From an archaeon (GTDB taxonomy: Archaea > EX4484-52 > WAPT01): a stretch of 64,000 bases of DNA. The stretch is taken from positions 96,001-160,000 of the forward strand of contig JAPDKB010000002.1 in the NCBI GenBank assembly GCA_029258795.1. The letters run 5' to 3'. The notes below the pieces were generated by a model. That model saw only the letters and a program-made list of their open reading frames with translations, ran no database searches and was not told where the DNA came from. Positions 56,598-64,000 of this stretch are shown here, piece after piece. The translations under genes were made by a program, and so were the position numbers. The first letter of the stretch is position 1; every line of letters starts with the position of its first letter.

Positions 56598-57248
56598 TTA
56601 GCCACTCCTGAAATTCTTTTTCCACCAGTCACAAACATCCCTTATCGGGCACTCTTTGCACTTCGGCTTTAAGGGCTTGCAGATGCTCTGGCCAAAGCGA
56701 ACCATCGTTAAATTGACCTTTCTCCACCATTCCTTCGGCACGAGTTTCTTTAGCTCCTTTTCTGTCTGTTCTGGTGTGACTGTACTCACAATTCCAATCC
56801 TGTTGGAGATGCGATGCACATGCGTATCAACTGGAAGTGCATCCTTGTTGAAACCGTAGGCAAGAACACACCCCGCAGTTTTCCTACCAACACCTGGCAA
56901 TGATAGCAGCTCCTCCTCGCTTGAAGGCACCTTTCCGCCATATTTCTCCAGCAGTATTCTGCTCACCTCCACTATTCGCTTCGCTTTCTGCCTGTAAAAC
57001 CCCGCATTTTTTATCAGCTCCGCCACTTTTTCCTCTCCTGCCTTCACCATCTTTTCTGGAGTATCATATTTTTTGAAGAGTTTCTCGCTTGCCTCGTAGG
57101 TCTGCTCATCTCTGGTGCGCTGCGAGATGATGGTTGAGATGAGAACCCGGAACGGATCGTTGAAATAGAGGTGCTCATCCCAGTACCGAGGCACGAGCTT
57201 TTCAATAATGGCTCTGATTTTCTTTTCAACGTCACTTCCTGCAGGCAT
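56598..57248 (-). CDS. nth: Endonuclease III
   Basis: ISQRT, HhH LPGVGRKTA, VDTHV, C-x6-C-x2-C-x5-C. Confidence 0.95.
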   Translation of the reverse strand: MPAGSDVEKKIRAIIEKLVPRYWDEHLYFNDPFRVLISTIISQRTRDEQTYEASEKLFKKYDTPEKMVKAGEEKVAELIKNAGFYRQKAKRIVEVSRILLEKYGGKVPSSEEELLSLPGVGRKTAGCVLAYGFNKDALPVDTHVHRISNRIGIVSTVTPEQTEKELKKLVPKEWWRKVNLTMVRFGQSICKPLKPKCKECPIRDVCDWWKKNFRSG

Positions 57249-57301
57249 ACTTGAAAAAACTAACAAAAAAACTTTAAATTTCATGGAATAAAAACTGTTT
57301 C

Positions 57302-57487
57302 ATGGAGGGGTATTCGATTAAAGAAGGTCAAACCGACGTGGTATGGGTTGGTGGTGAACCATACCGACTGGGGAAGTTGAACCCGATCAGCGATACAGTG
57401 TTGAACGAGCTTAAGGAGATGAGCGGAAAATATCCTATCATCGCTCTTGGCGATGAACTCTATCTACTTGAAAGAATTGAAAGATAA
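57302..57487 (+). CDS. Small hypothetical protein (61 aa)
   Basis: Fills an intergenic gap; TATA-like CTTTAAAT about 25 nt upstream. Confidence 0.45.
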   Translation: MEGYSIKEGQTDVVWVGGEPYRLGKLNPISDTVLNELKEMSGKYPIIALGDELYLLERIER

Positions 57488-57528
57488 AGGGAGAAAAGCG
57501 AAAGAAAAAATCAGCAAAGTGCTTTTGA

Positions 57529-58011
57529 TTACCTCACCACAGCACCGTCCTTCACGTTTTTTTCAGGCTTTAACTCGTGTCCGTCAGCGAGCAGTTTCTT
57601 ACCGTTCCAAGTCACGCACCCATTCTTTACTGTGAGCTTGTGCTTGGTGAACTTCTCGAAGGATATCTGCTCTGGAAGCGTTTCAACTACACTTTCATCC
57701 ATCCCTTCTGGCAGGGCAACGCTACCGAGATCAGCGTCGCTGGTTATAAGCGTTATTGTGCTGCCATCGTCAGCTGCAAGCACCATGCCCTCGCTCACCA
57801 CACCTCTTATCTTCGCGTGCTTCAGATTGCAAAGCACAGCCACTTTCTTCCCTTTAAGTTCATTTATCTCGTATATTCCTCTCAGTCCTGCGACAAGCTG
57901 CCTTTCCTCATCACCTAGATCCACACTTAAAATATACAGTTTGTCCGCGTCTGGATGATTCTCAACATCCACAATTCTGCCGGTTTTTATGAGGAGAGCG
58001 AAACCTTCCAT
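57529..58011 (-). CDS. tRNA-binding OB-fold protein (Trbp111 / MetRS C-terminal-like)
   Basis: HPDADKLY, QLVAGL, NLKHAKIRGVVSEGMVLAA. Confidence 0.9.
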   Translation of the reverse strand: MEGFALLIKTGRIVDVENHPDADKLYILSVDLGDEERQLVAGLRGIYEINELKGKKVAVLCNLKHAKIRGVVSEGMVLAADDGSTITLITSDADLGSVALPEGMDESVVETLPEQISFEKFTKHKLTVKNGCVTWNGKKLLADGHELKPEKNVKDGAVVR

Positions 58012-58064
58012 GAATTCCACCCCTCTAATAGTTTTTGGATTGAACTGGGTGTGTCTCACCCCAT

Positions 58065-58853
58065 TCAGAACACGCTCACAAGCTCATCAAGCCTTCTTAT
58101 TATTTCAGATGGCTTGTACTCGCCCTTGGCCTTTCTCGCTTCCTCCTCGCTCGTAACGCCTGTCAGAACGAGCACCGATCTGAATCCGCACCGGTTTGCA
58201 AGCACCATGTCAGTGTATATGTCATCTCCAACTATGACTGTATCCTCTGGAAAGCTCTTTATGGTTTTGAGCACTGCCTCTCTCATGGCCTCTGAAGGCT
58301 TACCCAGATTCATGACAGGCACGTGCTTCATGGCCTGCAGAGCTCTTATGATGGGAAGCTCCGCTGGAATCTTTGTGCCGTTGCTTCCTATCTGCCAGTA
58401 GGGATAACTTCCTGTAGCGTAAACGCTTGCTTCTCTTTCCACAAGTTCAAAAGCCCTTTTCAACTTCCAGATGTTGAAGTTTCGATCAACAGAGATGAGG
58501 ACGTGTTTTGCATTTTCATTAACCTTTATATCCTGAATTGAAAGCTCCTTCACCAGACCCTGCTCCCCAATAACATAAACGCTGTTCACTCCCTTTTTGC
58601 GGAAATATCGAGCAGCAGAATAACCGGAGCTTATTATTCTGTCAGGGGATGTCTTTATCCCCATTTTTGCGAGCTTCCTTGCCAGCCCCTCCCTTGAAAG
58701 CACTGTGTTGTTCGTTATGAAATAAACATCTTTGCCATCCTCTTTAAGCTTCTCGACTGTGTATTTTGCTTGTGGGAGGAGTTCATTCCAGTTCCAGATT
58801 GTGCCATCGAGGTCAAATATAACCGTCCTGATATTTTTCATGAAGTTCAGCAT
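58065..58853 (-). CDS. HAD-IIA family hydrolase (NagD-like)
   Basis: FDLDGTIW, ITNN, GKPS, VGDDIYTD, LVLTGV. Confidence 0.92.
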   Translation of the reverse strand: MLNFMKNIRTVIFDLDGTIWNWNELLPQAKYTVEKLKEDGKDVYFITNNTVLSREGLARKLAKMGIKTSPDRIISSGYSAARYFRKKGVNSVYVIGEQGLVKELSIQDIKVNENAKHVLISVDRNFNIWKLKRAFELVEREASVYATGSYPYWQIGSNGTKIPAELPIIRALQAMKHVPVMNLGKPSEAMREAVLKTIKSFPEDTVIVGDDIYTDMVLANRCGFRSVLVLTGVTSEEEARKAKGEYKPSEIIRRLDELVSVF

Positions 58854-58913
58854 GTGACATCACAATAGAGTAGAGGCAGATTAAATTTTTATTTATTCCT
58901 CCAGAGTCAAGTC

Positions 58914-59969
58914 ATGATGAAGGAAGTGGGGAAGGAGACGTTGTTCAACCTTCGCGAGCTCCTCCAGAAGAGGAGGGAAGAGCTGAAAAGGATTGCGCGA
59001 GAGCTGGAGAAAAACGTGAGCTTGAGATCTGTTGTTCGTGAGAAACTGAAGCAGCTGGCATGCGTTGTTGCGGGTGTTGATGGCGGTTGCTACGTTTTTG
59101 AGGAGCTATCGATAAGCTTGCTTGCTTTGCGGGCTGCCTCAGCCATTATGACTATTGATGGTGGGAAGGTAGTTTCGGTGGAGCATGTTCCCGCAGGATA
59201 TATTGCGCCAAAGGTTTTGCTGGTGGAGGATGATGAAGATGATGCTGGCAGGGCACTCTCAATTCAGACGATGAGAGTGCTGGAAGAGGTGGCTCTGGCA
59301 AAAAGGCTTGCTGAAAACAAAAAGCCGGACATCCTGTTTTTGCATGGCCCTCTGCTTCCACATTTTCTCGCAAGAGCCGCAACGCTTGATTCGGGAAATG
59401 GAGAGAAACCTGCACGCTCCCGCTACAGAGCGGTGCTTCAGAATCTGGCTGAAATTGTGAGGCGGGCGGATGAAAGCGGGATGGTGGTGGCGGGAGTGGT
59501 TGAGGATAGCAGGGGAAGAACGCTACTGAGTACGATTGAGGATGAGGTGAGTGCTGGTGGCATGAGCGATACCGCGGCTTTGGACATCATCATGCGCAAG
59601 AACCAGTACACCATGCCGGTTCTTTACACAAATCCAGCGGTGAACAACACGCTTTCTTATCTCTATCCTGAATTGCGCAGAGCTCTTGATAGAGTGTTTG
59701 TGTTCTACCTCAAAAATGCGGAAGCCGACGTTCCGATACGCATCGAGTTCTATAAGCCAGAGGCGTTTACTATTGAGGAGACAGCCGAAAAAATAGCACG
59801 GAGTGTGGTAGCGCAAACACTCACATCTACATACTCCGTTCCAGCGGTTCTTGTGGAAGCGGACAGGAGAGCAAGGATAACTAAGAAGGAAGCGGAACTC
59901 TTACTCCTGCGGGAGCTGGGCAGTGAGGCCCTCAAGCTCGTGAAGAGGAGAAAGCGCAGGTTCGTGTAA
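58914..59969 (+). CDS. nurA: NurA-family nuclease
   Basis: VAGVDGG, MRVLEE, HGPL, GVVEDSR, PIRIEF, P..LVEADRRARI. Confidence 0.82.
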   Translation: MMKEVGKETLFNLRELLQKRREELKRIARELEKNVSLRSVVREKLKQLACVVAGVDGGCYVFEELSISLLALRAASAIMTIDGGKVVSVEHVPAGYIAPKVLLVEDDEDDAGRALSIQTMRVLEEVALAKRLAENKKPDILFLHGPLLPHFLARAATLDSGNGEKPARSRYRAVLQNLAEIVRRADESGMVVAGVVEDSRGRTLLSTIEDEVSAGGMSDTAALDIIMRKNQYTMPVLYTNPAVNNTLSYLYPELRRALDRVFVFYLKNAEADVPIRIEFYKPEAFTIEETAEKIARSVVAQTLTSTYSVPAVLVEADRRARITKKEAELLLLRELGSEALKLVKRRKRRFV

Positions 59970-60023
59970 AACCTTAAAAAGCTTTACTCCAATTTTTTAC
60001 TATCTAATAATGGTGAAAATGGT

Positions 60024-60848
60024 ATGTATGGCACCACTCCTTTAATAGACGTTCTGAGAGAGGGTAAGGAGCGCAATCTTTTCAGGGATGAAGGATTCCG
60101 GCGTGTTTGCAGCGAGATAACGGATAGTGTGTACGCGCACATTAAAAAGTTGAGCGATGAAGATGAGCGTGCTTATTATGGGCTTCGAAGGGAACTGGTC
60201 GAGCTTGCTGTCAAAACCGCCGCCTATGAATCTTCCTACGGTAACGAATCCGAAAGGATTGTGAACAAATATAACTTCCATGAGGTTTTCAAGAGCAGCG
60301 CATCAAGGAGGGGGTATGGAGAGCTCCTCTACCTTTTCGTAAAAACTGTAACTCTCACCGAGGGCGGAGACAGAAGCGTTGATTTCCAGCCGGTGGCGGA
60401 TGCTCGCATTCAAACCACCAGTGGAGAGAGATACATCGCATGCTATGCGATGATGGTATCTCACCCCTCCGATCTTGAAGAAAGTGGGGACATGGTTGTG
60501 GAGTATGTTGGGCACATCAAACTGGATCCGAATGATCCGTTTGAAATAGGAGAAATTGGCGTTTATCGGACTTCAAATGAAGTGATGGAGAAGGAGGAAA
60601 TTGAAGATATGTTGGGATGTCCTTACGAAAATGCACGATGTCTTATCAAAATAGCCGGACCGGAGATCTTCTCTCCGGGAGAGGAGATACCAACATATAA
60701 ATATATTGAAAGTCAACTGATCGATAAGCTTGGAGAACACTTGCTTCAATGGATCAAAAAGCTCAGTATAAAGAAGTTCAGAGAGAGATTGCCGCATGTT
60801 TTCATTCCATCATACTCAAATGATGAATACCCGAGGGAGGTGTGGTGA
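60024..60848 (+). CDS. Hypothetical protein
   Basis: 274-aa ORF with SD GGTGA and upstream TATA-like element; no recognised motif. Confidence 0.65.
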   Translation: MYGTTPLIDVLREGKERNLFRDEGFRRVCSEITDSVYAHIKKLSDEDERAYYGLRRELVELAVKTAAYESSYGNESERIVNKYNFHEVFKSSASRRGYGELLYLFVKTVTLTEGGDRSVDFQPVADARIQTTSGERYIACYAMMVSHPSDLEESGDMVVEYVGHIKLDPNDPFEIGEIGVYRTSNEVMEKEEIEDMLGCPYENARCLIKIAGPEIFSPGEEIPTYKYIESQLIDKLGEHLLQWIKKLSIKKFRERLPHVFIPSYSNDEYPREVW

Positions 60849-60851
60849 GGT

Positions 60852-61667
60852 ATGGAAAGGAAGGACGGTGTGAGGATAAGCAATGAGGTGTATCGGGAAC
60901 TTCTTCACGGAACCAAGCCCGGAATACCTGAAAGTTCATACATCACGAGGTTTCTGGAGCTTGCAAATGAAGAAGTAAGGAAGGATTTGATGGAAAGTGT
61001 GAGGTACGACTACGGAGGAAACACGGAGTTCCTTTATTTGCTGAGCGGGGTGCTGCTCTCTATTGGCCCAACACCCGAAATGGCAGCAAATGAAATCAAC
61101 ATGTCCGAAAGAGTTTATGCTGAGGTGAAAAATACAGCGGAGTATGCATGGAGGAACAAAATAAAACTCGGAAACTTCGACCTGTATCTTCTCACCCAGA
61201 AGGAAGCGGAGGAACTGGGGATTGAGAGACCGATCGCAGTAATAAGGCACGGAAACAGCTACTTTGTGCCGGTAGAGAAGCTTGATGAGAGCGGTTACTG
61301 GTGCGTTAATCTCTCGAATCTGCGAGAAGGAGCGGTGATCAGATTAAAAGACAATAAGATTTCAATCGAAAAGGCAGAAGCACCGAAATTCTACAACAAG
61401 GACATCACGATAAGTCAGGAGAGCTTCATTCACGAGTTTTACGAGAATTTATCTAGAAGTTTTGCCAGAGAAGAACAATTCCCGGACCTACCACCAGAAA
61501 GAAAAATGTTGAAGGAAGAGAGCAGGGGCAGGAACAGGATATTAGATCCTGCGGAGCACGCGATACTCAAGGGTGAGCATCAGAAGGTTAAAGAGCTTCT
61601 GGAAGGGTACGACAAACCGGTTGATTTCAGCGAGCTCTGGGATGATGAAGAAAGCGGTCATCAGTAA
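60852..61667 (+). CDS. Hypothetical protein
   Basis: 271-aa ORF 3 nt after the previous stop, SD GGTGAGG; no recognised motif. Confidence 0.65.
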   Translation: MERKDGVRISNEVYRELLHGTKPGIPESSYITRFLELANEEVRKDLMESVRYDYGGNTEFLYLLSGVLLSIGPTPEMAANEINMSERVYAEVKNTAEYAWRNKIKLGNFDLYLLTQKEAEELGIERPIAVIRHGNSYFVPVEKLDESGYWCVNLSNLREGAVIRLKDNKISIEKAEAPKFYNKDITISQESFIHEFYENLSRSFAREEQFPDLPPERKMLKEESRGRNRILDPAEHAILKGEHQKVKELLEGYDKPVDFSELWDDEESGHQ

Positions 61668-63940
61668 ACTCTCGTGGCTTTCGTCACATCTTTTTTCCCT
61701 TCTCCTCTTTCAAATCTGTAGAGGTGCTCCGCTGCACTTTCCGCAAGCGTTTCATCATGCGTTATGAGTATCACCTGTTTCAGGACTTCAACCGCTCTTT
61801 CTCTGAGCGTTCTGCCCAGCTCTTCAACCGCCTTGCTGTCCAGATTGTGTGTGGGTTCATCCAGAATCATGACCTTGAAGGAAGGAGCGAGCAGGTTGGC
61901 AAGTGCAAGCCTCAGGGTTAGAGCGGCGGTCATTCTCTCTCCTCCAGAAACGAAAGTGTCGGCATCAACCCACACACCCTCGCTGCTGAGAAGCCTTAGC
62001 ACGTAGCCATCCTCCACGAAAAGCTTGACATCCTGATAATCCTCATAAGGATATAGCACTTCCCATATCCTGCTCATCTGGAAGTTGAGGGCAGCGACAA
62101 ATTCTTCCCTTATTTCCACCTGCGCCTTTATGAGCACGTCCTGAAGCTTGATGAGCATCCCAACCTTTTCCTTCAAGCTCTCGATTTCCTCCTCAATCTT
62201 TCGAATGGTTTCTACCCTCTCCTTAATCTCGTTGAGGCGGTGTTCCTTTTCCTTTATCACTTCATTCAGCCTGCTGAGTTCACCTTTCACCGCACCAACC
62301 TTCTGGTTGAGCTCCATCACCACTTTCTCAGCTTCTTTCAGCTCGGCTTCATCAACCTTCAAGCTCATCAATTCCCTTTCAAGTTCGGCAACACCTTTCT
62401 CTATACTTCTTATCCTTCCCGCTTTTTCTATGAGGTCCAGAAGCTTCTCCACCTCTTTAAGCTCCTTCTCAATTTTTTCTTTTTCAACTTCCTTCAACTC
62501 TTTCTCAATCTGCTGAATATTTTTTTCCAAAGAGCCCAGCACCCTCCCACTGTCTTCAACCGATTTTCTCCTTTTTTCTGCCATTTCTGCCATCGATTTC
62601 AGCTTCAGCGCTTCATCCTTTTTCTTTTTCAACTCGTTCAACTCTTCCATAAGCTTTTTCCGCTTTACATTGAGCTCACCAATTTTCCTTCTGAATTCTT
62701 CAATTCTTTTTTCCTTAACCGCAATTAGTTCCTTTTTCTTTGCATATGTTAGCTTGCTCTCACAGACAGGACATGCAGCTTCCGCTTTTTTCAACGCATC
62801 AATGCTTTCTCTTTCATTATCTATGGCCGTCTTGAACATGGATACTTTCTCAATCAGCGACTTCTCCTCCATTTCGAGAGATTTTATAGTATTTTCAATC
62901 TCTTCCACATTTGGCGCTTCCTTTAACTTCTCCTCAAGTTTCCTTATCTCCTCTTCATCCCGCTTTATCTGCTCTTCAATCACGCGCTTTCGGGATTTCA
63001 GAGCTTCAAGCTCTTTTTCCTTCAAGTTAATTTCTTTCAGAGTCCTTTCAAGTTCCGACTTTCTCGCTTCAACTTCATCCTTTTTCTTTTTCTCCAGCTC
63101 CTCTACACTCATTCCATTCCTTTTTATCTCTTCAAGAAGAGCGTTTATCTCACCCTTTAGCGATGAAATTCTGTTGTTCAAGATATCGGCTTTCGCTTTC
63201 TTCTGTTTCAAATCATCCAGTTTGCTTTTTTTGTTTGTCAGCTCGTCTTCCAGCTTTTGGGCTTCTTTTTTCTTCTCCTCCAGCTCCCTTCGTTTTATTT
63301 CCAGATCCTCTTCCATCTTCTTTACATCAACACTTTCCATATCCTTTTTCCATTGAGTGAGCATGCTTTCTTTCGTCTGAATCTCCTTCTTAATGTTGTT
63401 TATTAGGGTTACCAAATTTGACCGTGCGCTCTCTATCTTATCTATCCTCAAAATCTCATCCATCTTGGCTTTTCTTTCAGCCGGTCTGAGGGAGAGAAAA
63501 GCATCTATCCTATTCTGTTCTCCATAAACTATTTGTACGAAAGTGTCGTAATCAACACCCGTGATTTTTTCAACAACTTTGGTAACCTCGTTGGTTTGGG
63601 GTGCCGCCAGAAGCCTGCCATCTTCTCTTATCTCGCTGTGATACGTGCCCTTGTTAATACTGACCTTCCTAACAACTTCGTAAGTTTTCCCGTCTATTTC
63701 CATCCACACTTTAACTTCCGCTTCATGTTTTCGTGTTGGAAACTTCATGACGAGATCCTGAATCTTCAGCTTTCTGGACTGAATGGACGGAGTTGTGCCG
63801 TACAGGCAGAAACAGACGGCTTCAAGCACAGAGCTCTTGCCAGAACCCATTGAGCCAAGAAGACAGTTCACACCCTCTGCGAATTCCAGCTCGCTGTGTA
63901 GATGTGTCTTCCAGTTTTTGAGCTCAACCTTTGTAATCAT
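61661..63940 (-). CDS. rad50: DNA double-strand break repair ATPase Rad50
   Basis: GSMGSGKS, Q-loop, coiled coil with CPVC zinc hook, SGGE signature, ILDEPT, ITHD. Confidence 0.93.
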   Translation of the reverse strand: MITKVELKNWKTHLHSELEFAEGVNCLLGSMGSGKSSVLEAVCFCLYGTTPSIQSRKLKIQDLVMKFPTRKHEAEVKVWMEIDGKTYEVVRKVSINKGTYHSEIREDGRLLAAPQTNEVTKVVEKITGVDYDTFVQIVYGEQNRIDAFLSLRPAERKAKMDEILRIDKIESARSNLVTLINNIKKEIQTKESMLTQWKKDMESVDVKKMEEDLEIKRRELEEKKKEAQKLEDELTNKKSKLDDLKQKKAKADILNNRISSLKGEINALLEEIKRNGMSVEELEKKKKDEVEARKSELERTLKEINLKEKELEALKSRKRVIEEQIKRDEEEIRKLEEKLKEAPNVEEIENTIKSLEMEEKSLIEKVSMFKTAIDNERESIDALKKAEAACPVCESKLTYAKKKELIAVKEKRIEEFRRKIGELNVKRKKLMEELNELKKKKDEALKLKSMAEMAEKRRKSVEDSGRVLGSLEKNIQQIEKELKEVEKEKIEKELKEVEKLLDLIEKAGRIRSIEKGVAELERELMSLKVDEAELKEAEKVVMELNQKVGAVKGELSRLNEVIKEKEHRLNEIKERVETIRKIEEEIESLKEKVGMLIKLQDVLIKAQVEIREEFVAALNFQMSRIWEVLYPYEDYQDVKLFVEDGYVLRLLSSEGVWVDADTFVSGGERMTAALTLRLALANLLAPSFKVMILDEPTHNLDSKAVEELGRTLRERAVEVLKQVILITHDETLAESAAEHLYRFERGEGKKDVTKATRVY

Positions 63941-64000
63941 ACAATTCCTGATAATCCGCAAAATCTTAAAAACCCTTCACCTTACTCAAAAATCAACTCA

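Noticed and set aside
62670-63356. 228-aa Ser/Phe-rich ORF on the + strand (and 62148-62728)
   Set aside because: Antisense shadow of the Glu/Lys-rich Rad50 coiled coil
1-64000. rRNA, SRP RNA, RNase P RNA, provirus, recoded stop codons
   Set aside because: No intergenic space or conserved motifs for these; no integrase or capsid genes; conserved genes end at standard stops with expected lengths

Overview
A 64-kb, gene-dense archaeal chromosomal segment. The gene set (DPANN-style pilins and Tad-like pilus, short Cdc6, orphan ORFs, intron-containing tRNAs, K/E-rich proteins) suggests a thermophilic DPANN lineage, possibly Aenigmarchaeota-like; this is inference. Housekeeping genes include rfcS, lig, cdc6, ftsZ, herA/nurA/rad50 (dispersed), nth, gatC/A/B, eif2g, rps6e, rpl40e, rpoL, tfs, dph2, trmY and iscS/iscU. 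There are three intron-containing tRNAs: Tyr-GUA, Thr-GGU with a T-loop intron, and a rare Ile-UAU with two introns. One complete IS6-family element is present. Highlights: (1) a translationally coupled six-gene redox operon (Trx-CcdA/DsbD fusion, GcvH-like lipoyl carrier, AhpD, single-Cys NADH flavoprotein, LplA, LplB) that looks like a lipoyl-protein-based electron relay rather than glycine cleavage; (2) an nrdR-nrdJ-cobA-TIM barrel-DUF1858-ferredoxin cluster with two bacterial-type NrdR boxes behind an archaeal TATA box and a CxxCxxC insert in CobA; (3) a candidate replication origin (tandem ORB-like boxes) beside an ftsZ promoter whose ~240-nt leader carries six CCCGC repeats; (4) tRNA-Ile(UAU). 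No CRISPR array, rRNA or intein was seen. All protein calls come from motif recognition by eye; no database searches were run.
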